This document shows positions 9,839-20,282 of a DNA stretch of 60,676 nt, piece after piece. This stretch comes from Candidatus Giovannonibacteria bacterium RIFCSPHIGHO2_12_FULL_44_22 (GTDB lineage: Bacteria; Patescibacteriota; Minisyncoccia; UBA11713; 2-01-FULL-45-33): contig MFHU01000012.1 in the NCBI GenBank assembly GCA_001778695.1, positions 1-60,676 of the forward strand. Reading direction: 5' to 3'. The position numbers and the translations under genes are program-made. Position 1 is the first letter of the stretch, and every line of letters starts with the position of its first letter. A model generated the notes under the pieces. The model searched no databases and was not told the origin of the DNA. It was given only the letters and a program-made list of their open reading frames with translations.

Positions 9839-10568
9839 TCTTTATAAAAAAAATGAAGTTTTAGCGATCATCCCTGCCAGAGCGGGGTCAAAAAGGATAC
9901 CGAATAAAAATATCCGGAATTTTTTTGGGAAGCCCTTAATCGCGCATACGATTTTGCAGGCCAAAGAAACTTCTTTTATTGATCGGATAATTGTAGACAC
10001 AGATTCTACAAAAATTGCGGCTTTAGCGAAAAAATATGGGGCAGAAGCGCCATATTTAAGACCTGAACACTTGGCGGGCGATAAGGCTCAGGTTATTGAT
10101 GCGGTCATTCATTTATTAAATAGATTAAAAAAAGAAGAAGGATACAAGCCGACCCACGTGATGATTTTGCAAACTACTTCGCCATTGCGGGAAGAAAAAG
10201 ATATCAAAGTATGCTGGGATTTGATGAAAAAATCAAACGCGACCACCATTCTCACCGTCGCGCCCACTCATCCACGTCTTTATTATTTGGATAATAAGCA
10301 AAATATTATTTTGGCGAATAAGCGCGCGAGCAAATCCAGCAATACCCAGGCATGGCCTCCGGCCTATCTTTTAAACGGATGCTTTGTGTATATAACAAAA
10401 ACAGACGCTTTAATCCGTGAACGAAATGTGATTACGAAAAACACAAAAGCGGTTGTTTGCGATAGGTGGCGCTCTGTAGACTTGGATACTCCGGAAGATT
10501 GGGCGATGGCTGAATTTTTGTTTAAAAATAAAAAGGCAATAGAAAAGCAGATAAAAAAATTTAAATAG
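9828..10568 (+). CDS. Acylneuraminate (nonulosonate) cytidylyltransferase, copy 1
   Basis: AIIPARAGSKRIPNKN, the QTTSPLR motif and the length are typical of NeuA/LegF/PseF-type CMP-sugar synthetases. Confidence 0.8.
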   Translation: MMNNLYKKNEVLAIIPARAGSKRIPNKNIRNFFGKPLIAHTILQAKETSFIDRIIVDTDSTKIAALAKKYGAEAPYLRPEHLAGDKAQVIDAVIHLLNRLKKEEGYKPTHVMILQTTSPLREEKDIKVCWDLMKKSNATTILTVAPTHPRLYYLDNKQNIILANKRASKSSNTQAWPPAYLLNGCFVYITKTDALIRERNVITKNTKAVVCDRWRSVDLDTPEDWAMAEFLFKNKKAIEKQIKKFK

Positions 10569-10569
10569 C

Positions 10570-11463
10570 ATGAAAGTAGGAATTATAGGGTTCGGTTCCA
10601 TAGGCAAGCGGCATTATGAAAATTTGCTGCTGCATACAAAAAATATTGTTGTGCTTTCTAAAAGAAAAGACGTCAATTTGCCGCATCAGGTTGAAAATTG
10701 GCAAGATTTTAAAAAAACAGGGCCTTATGGCGGCATAATTATTGCGAATGAAACTTCAAAACATGTCGCGACTATTAAAAAGTGCGTTGCTTTAAAGCCG
10801 CGGGCGCTTTTTGTAGAAAAACCGCTATCGCATAATTTAAAAGACTTGAACGCGCTGGTTGAACTTTTGCGGAAGAATCGGACAAGTGTTTTTGTTGGAT
10901 ATTGTTTTCATTTTTTCAGGCCGTTTTTTAAAATTAAAAAGATTATAAAAAGCGGGAAACTCGGCAAAATTTATTATATGCGCGTTTCCGTGGGGCAGGA
11001 TTTAAAAGAGTGGAGGCCGGGCCGGGACTACGGCAAAATTTATTCTGCGAAAAAAGAATTTGGCGGAGGGGTGATGCTTGATTTGGTGCATGACATTAAT
11101 TATCCGGCATGGCTTTTGGATGATGTTTTGGCGCCAAAGCGGGCGCTGGTGCGAAAAATGTCCGACCTTAAAATTAACACCGAGGATATTGCGGAAAATA
11201 TTTTTATTGCGCAAAGGACCGGAGTAATGGTTTCTGTGCACCAAGATTACCTAAGAATCCCTGGCCGAAGGTTTCTGGAAATCGTAGGTTCAAAAGGTAG
11301 TTTAATGTGGGATTCTTCGGATGCCGAAGACCGCAACAAGATGTATCAGAGAGAAATTAATTTTTTTGTCGGTTTAGTAAAAAGCGGCAAATATTTTTCA
11401 AATATGGAAGAAGCGATTCGGGATGTTAAAAACGTGGAATATTTAAAAAAACATGGCAGATAA
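10570..11463 (+). CDS. Gfo/Idh/MocA-family oxidoreductase
   Basis: MKVGIIGFGSIGKRH has the N-terminal Rossmann motif and an EKPL motif is present. Confidence 0.7.
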   Translation: MKVGIIGFGSIGKRHYENLLLHTKNIVVLSKRKDVNLPHQVENWQDFKKTGPYGGIIIANETSKHVATIKKCVALKPRALFVEKPLSHNLKDLNALVELLRKNRTSVFVGYCFHFFRPFFKIKKIIKSGKLGKIYYMRVSVGQDLKEWRPGRDYGKIYSAKKEFGGGVMLDLVHDINYPAWLLDDVLAPKRALVRKMSDLKINTEDIAENIFIAQRTGVMVSVHQDYLRIPGRRFLEIVGSKGSLMWDSSDAEDRNKMYQREINFFVGLVKSGKYFSNMEEAIRDVKNVEYLKKHGR

Positions 11464-12454
11464 ACTGGCATTTTTGCAAATAGGGCTAGGGTCTATGGGC
11501 AAGCGCCGAATCAGGAACCTTTTCGCCAATGGCGAAAAGAATGTCATTGGCTTTGATTTGTCTCCGGAGCGGAGGAAAGAAACCGAAGAAAAATACGGAA
11601 TTAAAACTATTGATGATTTAACAAAATTATTAGATAAAGATTTTGACGCGATAATTATTTCCACTCCCCCGAATAAGCACGGCGATTATATTCGTTTTGC
11701 CCTAAAACACAAAAAACATTTCTTTACTGAGGTTTCTACCAGCGACGACGGCTATGAAGACATTTTCAGAGCCGCTAGTTCAAAAATCATAAAAGCGTCT
11801 TCAGCCACGATGCGACATTTTTTTCCCATTAAGACCATAAAAAAATTAGTTAGCGAAGGTAGAATAGGCAAGATATTTGCATATCAATACCACATGGGGC
11901 AATATTTACCGGATTGGCATCCGTGGGAGGATTATCGAAAAGTATTTTTTTCAAAAAAAGAAACCGGCGCTTGCCGCGAGCTTTTTCCGTTTGAGCTTTG
12001 TTGGTTAAACTGGCTGATAAATTCCCGCGTAGCCAGTATTTCCGGCTCTTTGGGAAAAGTATCGGATTTAGATATGGACGCGGAAGACGTGTTAGCAGCG
12101 AATTTGCGGTATGAAAATAATGTTTTCGGCAACATTATGATTGACGCGATTTCCAGAAAACCGGTAAGGAACCTGCGGATTATGGGAAGCGATGGAACTT
12201 TGGAGTGGGACTGGCAGGACTGGATCATTAAAGTTTATGACGCGGCGTCAAAGAAAACAGAAGTCATCAACGCGCCCAAAGAAAATCCAGCAGCTGGATA
12301 CACGACGCAATCCGAAGCGATGCACGAGGAAGAAATAAAAGCGTTTTTGGACGCAATTTACGGCCGCACGCCGTATCCTTACACCTTTGAAGAAGATTTA
12401 TTAAATTTAAAAACGCTTTATAAGTTAGAAGCAGGCGGAGGAGTCGTATTATAA
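11453..12454 (+). CDS. Gfo/Idh/MocA-family oxidoreductase (second, divergent copy)
   Basis: The N-terminus is IGLGSMGKRRIRN and the architecture matches the upstream gene. It overlaps the previous gene by 11 nt. Confidence 0.65.
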   Translation: MADKLAFLQIGLGSMGKRRIRNLFANGEKNVIGFDLSPERRKETEEKYGIKTIDDLTKLLDKDFDAIIISTPPNKHGDYIRFALKHKKHFFTEVSTSDDGYEDIFRAASSKIIKASSATMRHFFPIKTIKKLVSEGRIGKIFAYQYHMGQYLPDWHPWEDYRKVFFSKKETGACRELFPFELCWLNWLINSRVASISGSLGKVSDLDMDAEDVLAANLRYENNVFGNIMIDAISRKPVRNLRIMGSDGTLEWDWQDWIIKVYDAASKKTEVINAPKENPAAGYTTQSEAMHEEEIKAFLDAIYGRTPYPYTFEEDLLNLKTLYKLEAGGGVVL

Positions 12455-12491
12455 AGAAACTATTTATTGGAAATTTTGGTTTAATTTAGTA

Positions 12492-14228
12492 ATGGCTAGC
12501 GCAAGTAAAATACCGCATAAAAAAATCAGAATATTGGGAATCTGTTCGGATGTTTTTATCACATCCGCCGTGCTTTTGGAAGACGGCAAAGTGGTGGCCG
12601 GGGCGCCGGAGGAACGGTTTTTAAGGCAGAAGCTTTACCGCGGTTTTCCGATGCAGGCCATAAAATATTGTTTGGAGGCGGCCGGCTGCGAGCTGGAGGA
12701 TATTGATTGCGTCGCTTTGGGGTGGAACCCAGGACTTCACATTAAGCCGTCTAGTATGCGGTTTGGGCATGTGCTCCGCTGGCGTGGAGAACATTTGCAT
12801 GCCATCCCCCATGCTCTTTTATCGTTGGCTAAAACGCATCATGTAGATTATGTTGAACAATCGTTAAAACAGCTCAAAAACGACATTAAAATTATTTACG
12901 TAACCCATCACCACTCTCACGCCGCCAATGCCTTTTTTATTTCTCCATTTAAAGAAAGCGCCATTCTCACGATTGACGGCCGAGGCGAAGAGGATACGGC
13001 AGGTTTTTTTGTCGGGCGTGGAAATAAAATAGAAGAACTGCAGTTGGTGAAACTCCCCCACTCTTTGGGGCTTTTCTACGGAGCGTTCACCGAATTTCTG
13101 GGTTTTACTCCGCATTCCGATGAATGGAAAGTGATGGCTTTGGCCGGGCGCGATTTTAAACAAAATAAATATTATCAGAAGGTAAAAAATCTGGTTAAAC
13201 TTTGCCCCAACGGCACCTTTGAGCTGGATTTAAGTTATTTTCATTATTATTTGAACGACCGCAACGCTTGGTATTCGCCCAAATTCGTGGAATCTTTCGG
13301 ACAGCCGCGTTCGCCCGACACTGAATTGACTAACCGGCATTATGAAATCGCCAATGCTTTACAAAGGGTTTCCGAAGAGACGGTGATTCACATGCTAAAT
13401 TGGCTTCATAAGAAAACAGGCATGGAAAATCTCGCCTTAAGCGGAGGATTTTTTATGAACTCCGTCTTTAACGGTAAAATTACCCAAAAAACAAAATTTA
13501 AAAATGTTTTTATATCTTCCTGTCCGGACGACAGCGGCACTTCTTGGGGAGCGGCGCTTTATGTTTATAACCATATTTATAACCGCCCGGAACGCAAAGA
13601 AGAGAAACATAATTATTATGGCCCGCAATTCAGCGACGCCGAAATTAAAGACGCTTTGGATAAATATAAAGTTCCTTACAAACGGGCGGAAGATATAGAA
13701 AAGCAAACTGCCAGCTTAATTGCCGATGGGAAAATTGTCGGCTGGTTCCAAGGGCAGATGGAATTCGGCCAGCGCGCTTTGGGTAACCGTTCTATTTTGG
13801 CAGATCCGAGGGATCCTTTGATGAAAGACAAAGTCAATAAAGCGGTGAAATACCGCGAGGCATTCCGGCCATTTGCTCCGTCCATTTTGGAGGAGCATGT
13901 GGCGGATTATTTTGAGTGCAACAAAAGCGATAGGGTGCCTTTTATGGAGAAGGTTTTTATGGTAAGGCCGGAAAAAAGAAAATTAATTCCGGCTGTGACC
14001 CATATTGACGGCTCAGGCAGGCTTCAGACAGTAGGCAAAGAAACAAACCCCCGTTTTTATAAATTGATAGGGGAATTTGATAAAATAACTAAAATTCCGC
14101 TGGTTTTAAACACCTCTTTTAATTTGAAAGGGGAAGCAATCGTTTGCACTCCCACCGACGCCATACGCACATTTTTTTCTTGCGGGCTGGACGCGTTGGT
14201 GCTGGGGAATTATGTTGTAATGAAATGA
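12492..14228 (+). CDS. Carbamoyltransferase (NodU/CmcH family)
   Basis: ILGICSDVF...GAPEERF, VTHHHSHAANAF, LSGGFFMNSV, GQMEFGQRALGNRSILADP and NTSFN are present. Confidence 0.85.
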   Translation: MASASKIPHKKIRILGICSDVFITSAVLLEDGKVVAGAPEERFLRQKLYRGFPMQAIKYCLEAAGCELEDIDCVALGWNPGLHIKPSSMRFGHVLRWRGEHLHAIPHALLSLAKTHHVDYVEQSLKQLKNDIKIIYVTHHHSHAANAFFISPFKESAILTIDGRGEEDTAGFFVGRGNKIEELQLVKLPHSLGLFYGAFTEFLGFTPHSDEWKVMALAGRDFKQNKYYQKVKNLVKLCPNGTFELDLSYFHYYLNDRNAWYSPKFVESFGQPRSPDTELTNRHYEIANALQRVSEETVIHMLNWLHKKTGMENLALSGGFFMNSVFNGKITQKTKFKNVFISSCPDDSGTSWGAALYVYNHIYNRPERKEEKHNYYGPQFSDAEIKDALDKYKVPYKRAEDIEKQTASLIADGKIVGWFQGQMEFGQRALGNRSILADPRDPLMKDKVNKAVKYREAFRPFAPSILEEHVADYFECNKSDRVPFMEKVFMVRPEKRKLIPAVTHIDGSGRLQTVGKETNPRFYKLIGEFDKITKIPLVLNTSFNLKGEAIVCTPTDAIRTFFSCGLDALVLGNYVVMK

Positions 14229-15025
14229 AAATTTTACTTTTCGGCGGAGCCGGCTTCATAGGAGAATACTTGGCAAAAAATCTAGCCGGTCGCGACGGTT
14301 GCGAATTAAAAATAATAGATAGATATTCAAAAGAACGGGGAAAGGATTTAGACGTGGAAATGATAGTGGTTTTAACCCAGCCGGGCTCACCGGTAAGTGA
14401 TATTTTAATTCCGGCGATTACTGCGTCTAAAAAATTAAAGAAAATAGTTTATTTATCCACCTTGCTGATTTATCCCGATTCTTCTGAAAAACAGGACGAA
14501 AATATTCAACCAGACCCGAAAACTGAATACGAAAGAAATAAATATCAAGAAGAATTGATGCTGGAGAAAGCGGCAAAAAAAATCGGTTGCCAACTATGCA
14601 TAGCGAGACTTAGCAATGTTTACGGAGATGTTAAAAACCGCGGGATTATAAATTATATTATATTATCAGCAATCAAGGGAAACCTGTTGACAGTTTACGG
14701 AGACAAGGATAAGAAAATTAGAGATTATATTTTTATAGAAGACGCCGCGAATCTGTTGGAATTTTTAATTTTCTATAAACAACAAAACCTAAAAGAGATT
14801 TTTAATATTTGCACTGGCTCCGCTTACAGCATCCAAGAATTGATTGATATGGCAGAACGCGTTACCGGACGAAAAATAAATTTTGAAAAAGGTGCTCCTA
14901 CTTTGGAAAAATTAATAAATATCGGGGACAATCAAAAAATTCTAGCTTTATCGCATTATAAGCTCAAATACAATTTGGCTCATGGCCTGAAAAAAACTTA
15001 TAAGAATTATTTGAGAACAGTGTAA
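14225..15025 (+). CDS. NAD-dependent epimerase/dehydratase family protein (short)
   Basis: It begins MKILLFGGAGFIGEYL. The start at 14225 overlaps the upstream stop in an ATGA. The longer ORF from 14144 lies inside the carbamoyltransferase gene. Confidence 0.65.
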   Translation: MKILLFGGAGFIGEYLAKNLAGRDGCELKIIDRYSKERGKDLDVEMIVVLTQPGSPVSDILIPAITASKKLKKIVYLSTLLIYPDSSEKQDENIQPDPKTEYERNKYQEELMLEKAAKKIGCQLCIARLSNVYGDVKNRGIINYIILSAIKGNLLTVYGDKDKKIRDYIFIEDAANLLEFLIFYKQQNLKEIFNICTGSAYSIQELIDMAERVTGRKINFEKGAPTLEKLINIGDNQKILALSHYKLKYNLAHGLKKTYKNYLRTV

Positions 15026-15087
15026 CGCGTTCTTTATTAACAGCTAGCTGTTTGACCTAAGGTGAATATAATCGGTATCATTTAGAT

Positions 15088-18018
15088 ATGAAAAAGCTCG
15101 CGGTGTTATTGTTTTTGGTTCTCTTAAGCCCCAATTTAGTTTATGCCCAGAGCGCCAATCTTTCATCTTCTACCACTGCCGAGCTTCAAACTCAAATCCA
15201 AGACCTCCTAAAACAAGTTCAGGCCCTACAGCAGCAGGTAACGACTCTTAAAGTTGAACTTGGTCAGCAACCAGAAATAGCGATATCAGCTGTCCCGCCG
15301 GGGCTCACCCGTAATCTTTACCGCGGCTTATCCGGAGACGATGTCCGCGGTCTTCAACAATTTTTATCACAAGACAAAGAAATTTATCCGGAAGGGTTAG
15401 TAACCGGATACTTCGGACCTTTAACTGAAGGGGCAGTCAAGCGCTGGCAAGAAAAGCACGATATTGAATCATTGGGCATTATCGGTCCTAAAACCATTAC
15501 TAGATTTAACGAATTTAGAGGACAAACAGCAACTCCAGCTATCCCAGCTCAACCCATTGGTCTTACTGGCACAACAACCATTCCTGCACAACCTGCAACC
15601 GCCACTTCAACGCGGCCTCGCCCAGAGTCATGCGCCGCTTCATACAATTATTGCGTAGGCCCAACAGAATGCTCCGCCAATGGATATTATTGGTGCAGAA
15701 ATAGCTGTTATGGATTCGTTGACGCATGCCTTGGCCAAACATATGTGGCGCCGGTGGCTCCGACTCCGGCACCAACTCCCGCTCCTTCAACGACTACAAC
15801 CACAACTACAGCAACTGTTGCTACCACTACGACAACCACGACTGCTACTACTACGGCTACAACAACAACCACTACAACTCCTTCTTCCGGTCAGTTTTCA
15901 GCTCCGAGTTGGTCTAAATCAGTTTGGACAGGCAGTGAATATGGAATAGTATGGTCACGGGAAGTTCGAAACGGCGAAACCGAAATCTTTTTCGCCAGAA
16001 CTACATCGGGCGGAATAAAGATTGGGAACGATCTCATGGTAAGTACCGGTCACTCTACTGCCGATGACAACTACGCCATTGCCTGGAACGGCAGCAATTA
16101 TGGCATAATTTATGAAGACTATTGGGGCAATGTCCCGCTTCATTCCAACACATACAGTTCTTACAGCACCTATTTTTCTAGAATAAATTCTCAAGGGCAA
16201 AAATCAGGCGCTGATATCAAAATTGCCACCGGTGGACAATACAACCAAATGAATTTGTTTTGGAATGGTTCCGAGTATATTTTAATTTACATTAATTACC
16301 GACCCAATGAAATTCGTTTTAGAAAATTCAGCCCGGACGGCCAACCGCTTGGTTCTATAAAAACTATTAGTAGCGAACCAACTAAGGAGATAGACACATT
16401 GTCGGTCGCCTTGGCTGGCACAGAATATGTCCTTTCTGTGAACTATCTTGCGGCTTTCGGTGGCGGCGGCTCTAAATCGTTGCGGTTATCAGCGAGTGGC
16501 GATTTAATCAATATACCGACAACCACGACAACAGCGACAACCATTACCTCTATCACCCCCTATTCTCCTATACCTCCTAATCAACACTTGATATCCTCCA
16601 TCACCCTACAATGGAACACGACTACCAACGACCTCACCTATCGGAGAATATGGCGAAGGTTTGGTGGCGGGGACTGGCTACTTGTTGGACAAGTCCAGGG
16701 CAATACCTTTTCGGACCTTAATATAGGAACGGGAACGTACTATTATAAGCTGAACACTTGTTCTACCGTTTCGTACATTCCTTCATATGGGGGAAATGTC
16801 TGGGTAGTAACCGATAATTGTGGTCCTGATTCGAACATAATGACTACGACGCTGACGATGGGCGGTGGTGGTTCCGATACAACTCCACCCTCAACGCCAA
16901 CCGGCCTTAGGGTTTGGCCCGACCCTTACAACCGGAATTTCCTTTCCTGGACGGCATCAACCGATAACATAGGCGTTGCAGGCTACAACATATACCGCAA
17001 CGGCACGTATCTGAAATCGGCGTGTTGTATTCCTTCCGAGGACGGCAACCTTTTTTATCCTTCTTTGACAACTTACAGTTATACCGTCGCCGCGTATGAT
17101 GCAGCAGGAAATGTTTCGGCGCAGTCAAGTTCAGTTTCAGCGACAACTGCTGATACCACCCCGCCCGCGATTTCCTCAATACAAACATCAAATATCACTC
17201 AAAATGCAGCAACAATTAGTTGGAGCACAAATGAGATTGCTGATTCCCAAGTGGAATATGGCGCAACCCTTAGTTACGGGAATACCACAGCCGTGGATTC
17301 TGCTTTGGTAACCGCACATTCGGCGCAGATTTTAAATCTAGCGGGAAGTATCACATATCACTTTCGTGTAAAATCAAAAGATGCCACTGGGAATATCGCA
17401 GTATCCGGTGATAACACCTTTATATCTCTTTCGCCTCCGTCGTCTTCTGCTCCCCCTCCCTCTATTAAAACCGGGACTGGTACAGTTGGAGACAGCAAGA
17501 CATTCAGCTTTGGCACAGGGACTATCGAGTATAGTGTAGGCGGTTCCGGAGTGAGCGGTTACATTTATTCGGGCATTCCTGGATCCGCAGGCCGCACCAG
17601 TCCGATATTATATTTTGCCAACCCAACTCCATCTGACACAACTTCTTGCGGTCCCTATCCTTCATCACACGGCTATCAAGGCATTACCAGTATTTGTCAA
17701 TTTACTAGCGCAGCGAATTATATTTTCAGTAACGCCGAAGATTCCATAAGAATATATGATAAATCCTCTCCTTGTTATCAGGGCATATTGCTTTTCAAAC
17801 AAAATAATCTATACGGGGGAATAGATCCGGAAGATGTGGATAGTTCAGGCGCCTTACATTATCGCTATTGGTATGATGAGTCGGGCGGTTCTAATTTCAG
17901 TAGCGTATGCGCCACTTCCTACAACACAGCTCCGTCCCGAGAAAGATTAAATCAATTAGCTAGCGTTTTGGACGCCATAAAATCGGCATTGGGCGAGCTG
18001 CTCAAAATTTTGAAATAA
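15088..18018 (+). CDS. Large secreted surface protein: signal peptide, coiled coil, PG-binding domain, poly-Thr linker, FN3-like domains
   Basis: The signal peptide is MKKLAVLLFLVLLSPNLVYA. The PG_binding_1-like segment reads GDDVRGLQQFL...IYPEGLVTGYFGPLTEGAVKRWQ. It has a ~50-aa Thr/Ala run and FN3-like segments (DTTPPSTPTGL...YSYTVAAYDAAGN; TTPPAISS...HFRVKSKDATGN). Confidence 0.7.
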   Translation: MKKLAVLLFLVLLSPNLVYAQSANLSSSTTAELQTQIQDLLKQVQALQQQVTTLKVELGQQPEIAISAVPPGLTRNLYRGLSGDDVRGLQQFLSQDKEIYPEGLVTGYFGPLTEGAVKRWQEKHDIESLGIIGPKTITRFNEFRGQTATPAIPAQPIGLTGTTTIPAQPATATSTRPRPESCAASYNYCVGPTECSANGYYWCRNSCYGFVDACLGQTYVAPVAPTPAPTPAPSTTTTTTTATVATTTTTTTATTTATTTTTTTPSSGQFSAPSWSKSVWTGSEYGIVWSREVRNGETEIFFARTTSGGIKIGNDLMVSTGHSTADDNYAIAWNGSNYGIIYEDYWGNVPLHSNTYSSYSTYFSRINSQGQKSGADIKIATGGQYNQMNLFWNGSEYILIYINYRPNEIRFRKFSPDGQPLGSIKTISSEPTKEIDTLSVALAGTEYVLSVNYLAAFGGGGSKSLRLSASGDLINIPTTTTTATTITSITPYSPIPPNQHLISSITLQWNTTTNDLTYRRIWRRFGGGDWLLVGQVQGNTFSDLNIGTGTYYYKLNTCSTVSYIPSYGGNVWVVTDNCGPDSNIMTTTLTMGGGGSDTTPPSTPTGLRVWPDPYNRNFLSWTASTDNIGVAGYNIYRNGTYLKSACCIPSEDGNLFYPSLTTYSYTVAAYDAAGNVSAQSSSVSATTADTTPPAISSIQTSNITQNAATISWSTNEIADSQVEYGATLSYGNTTAVDSALVTAHSAQILNLAGSITYHFRVKSKDATGNIAVSGDNTFISLSPPSSSAPPPSIKTGTGTVGDSKTFSFGTGTIEYSVGGSGVSGYIYSGIPGSAGRTSPILYFANPTPSDTTSCGPYPSSHGYQGITSICQFTSAANYIFSNAEDSIRIYDKSSPCYQGILLFKQNNLYGGIDPEDVDSSGALHYRYWYDESGGSNFSSVCATSYNTAPSRERLNQLASVLDAIKSALGELLKILK

Positions 18019-18055
18019 TTAGTAAAACTTGCGCTAATTATGCGGAGTTTTATTT

Positions 18056-19201
18056 ATGATGAAAAAAATAGCTTATATTTCAGGCAATCGGGCGGATTTT
18101 GGGCTGATGACGCCGATTTTACAGGCCATCCAAAAGAGCAAAAAATTAGAGCTAAGACTTTATACGACCGGCACGCACTTTATGCCTGAATTTGGAGGCA
18201 CAATTAATATTGTTAAGAAACTTTTTCCGAATGTGAAAGAAATTCCCGTGGCTTTTGAATCGGACGATCGCAAGGGCATGGCGAAATTTGCCGCTCAATT
18301 TTTAGGGAAATTGATACCGGTTTTGGTAAAAGATAAACCAGATATAGTTTTTGCTCCTTGCGACAGGGTAGAGATGTTGACGGCGGCGATGGCGGCGCTC
18401 TATTTAGGAATTCCTGTGGCGCATATACATGGCGGCGAGAAAACTTCCACGGTGGACGAGTTGGCGCGGCACGCAATTACCAAGATAGCGCATATTCATT
18501 TCGCGGCAACAAAGGAATCCGCGGAACGCATAAAAAAAATGGGCGAAGATAAGTGGAGAATTCATATTGTCGGCGCGCCTGTGCTGGACGTTATTTTAAA
18601 TGAAAAACTGCCAAGCCGAGCGGAGCTTTATAAAAAGCTTAATTTAGATCCCAAAGAAAAAATTATTTTAGTGACCCAGCATCCGGTAAGCGAGGCATGG
18701 AAAGACGCCGGGCGGCAAATAACAAAAACTTTCTCCGCCGTAAAATCTTTTGGTTTGCCTATTGTGGTGGCATATCCAAACGCCGACGCTGGAGGCAGAA
18801 AAATAATAGAAGTTATAAAAAGAGAAAAAAAGAACCCTCAATTTAGAATTTTTCCACACCTGCAACATGAAGATTTTCTTGCCTTAGAGCGGGAGGCCGC
18901 TGTTTGGGTGGGCAATTCCAGCGCTGGAATGATTGAGTCCTCTTCTTTTAAAACGCCGGTTGTAAACGTGGGCGCGCGCCAACTGGGCCGCCAGCATGGG
19001 GATAATGTTATAAATGTCGGCTACGACCGCGATGAAATTAAAAAAGCCGTAGATAAATCTTTGAATAATAAAATATATTTGGCGGGGCTTAAAAAAATCA
19101 AAAACCCGTGGGGCGACGGCAAAACTGGCCCCAGAGTCGCCAAAATTTTGGAGAATGTGGAGCTCGTCCCCAAATTGCTTGCCAAACAGATAACTTATTA
19201 A
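18056..19201 (+). CDS. neuC: UDP-N-acetylglucosamine 2-epimerase, hydrolysing type (NeuC/LegG-like)
   Basis: IAYISGNRADFGL, HIHGGE, LVTQHP and GNSSAG are present, and the length is ~380 aa. Confidence 0.8.
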   Translation: MMKKIAYISGNRADFGLMTPILQAIQKSKKLELRLYTTGTHFMPEFGGTINIVKKLFPNVKEIPVAFESDDRKGMAKFAAQFLGKLIPVLVKDKPDIVFAPCDRVEMLTAAMAALYLGIPVAHIHGGEKTSTVDELARHAITKIAHIHFAATKESAERIKKMGEDKWRIHIVGAPVLDVILNEKLPSRAELYKKLNLDPKEKIILVTQHPVSEAWKDAGRQITKTFSAVKSFGLPIVVAYPNADAGGRKIIEVIKREKKNPQFRIFPHLQHEDFLALEREAAVWVGNSSAGMIESSSFKTPVVNVGARQLGRQHGDNVINVGYDRDEIKKAVDKSLNNKIYLAGLKKIKNPWGDGKTGPRVAKILENVELVPKLLAKQITY

Positions 19202-19202
19202 T

Positions 19203-20282
19203 ATGAAAGACATAATTATTCAGGGGAAAAAAGTAAATTATGGGCTGACGCCGTTTATTATTGCGGAGGGCGGGGTAAATCATAACAGTGATTTGGATTT
19301 GGCCATAAAACTTATTGACGCGGCGGCGGAAGCCGGAGCGGATGCGATTAAATTTCAAACATGGCGCGCGGAACAATTGGCGACCAAAGCTGGCAAAATG
19401 GCCGACTATCAAAAACGCAATATCGGAAAAGAAGAATCGCAATTTGATATGTTAAAAAAGTTGGAGTTAAAAGAAAAATGGTATCCCCAATTAATTAAAC
19501 GCGCCAAAGAAAAAAATATTATTTTACTTTCCACTCCGCATGGCGGTTTTGAAGCGATTGATTTTATGGAGCGCTACAATTTTCCGGCTTTTAAAATCGC
19601 TTCAGGCGACATCACTAATTTGCCATTTTTGGAATACGCCGCCAAATTTAAAAAGCCCATGCTGATATCAACCGGCATGTCTAATTTGGAAGAAGTGAAA
19701 GAAGCGATTGAAACAGTAAAGAATGCCGGCAACGATCAGATTCTTATTTTTCACTGCACTACGGATTATCCTTTAGCGCTTGAAAATGTAAATTTGCGCG
19801 CCATTGACACTTTTAAAAAAGAACTGGGGGTGCTTATTGGATATTCCGACCATACATTGGGCCGCGAGGTTCCGATAATGGCTGCGGCGTTGGGCGCCTG
19901 CATGATTGAAAAGCACTTTACTTTAGACCGAACCATGAAAGGCCCTGACCATGTTGCTTCTATGGAGCCAAGGGATTTTAAAAAAATGGTGGAAGCCTTA
20001 AAACGGGTGCCGATCATTATGGGTTCGGGCGCGAAAAAGGCGCTTAAACCAGAACTGCAATATATGAACGTGGCCAGAAAAAGCATTGTGGCGGCGCGCG
20101 ATATAAAAAAAGGCGAAAAATTCAATAAAGAAAATTTGGCCATCAAGCGCCCCGGCACAGGGCTCTCCCCAAAATATTTCAACCAAGTTCTTGGCAAAAC
20201 CGCAAAAACTGACATACATAAAAATGCTCTGTTACCAGCTCGTGAGAGTTGGCGTTTTATAAAGCGTGCAAAACGAGTTTAA
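19203..20282 (+). CDS. neuB: Nonulosonic acid synthase (NeuB/LegI/PseI family) with a C-terminal SAF domain
   Basis: FIIAEGGVNHN.DL, DAIKFQT, FKIASGD and GYSDHT are present. The C-terminal SAF-like segment reads ARKSIVAARDIKKGEKF..ENL..KRPG.G. Confidence 0.85.
   Translation: MKDIIIQGKKVNYGLTPFIIAEGGVNHNSDLDLAIKLIDAAAEAGADAIKFQTWRAEQLATKAGKMADYQKRNIGKEESQFDMLKKLELKEKWYPQLIKRAKEKNIILLSTPHGGFEAIDFMERYNFPAFKIASGDITNLPFLEYAAKFKKPMLISTGMSNLEEVKEAIETVKNAGNDQILIFHCTTDYPLALENVNLRAIDTFKKELGVLIGYSDHTLGREVPIMAAALGACMIEKHFTLDRTMKGPDHVASMEPRDFKKMVEALKRVPIIMGSGAKKALKPELQYMNVARKSIVAARDIKKGEKFNKENLAIKRPGTGLSPKYFNQVLGKTAKTDIHKNALLPARESWRFIKRAKRV

Noticed and set aside
14144-14224. Upstream extension of the epimerase ORF (start at 14144).
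   Set aside because: The extension overlaps the conserved C-terminus of the carbamoyltransferase in another frame. The ATG at 14225 gives the canonical MKILLFGGAGFIG Rossmann N-terminus and an ATGA overlap.
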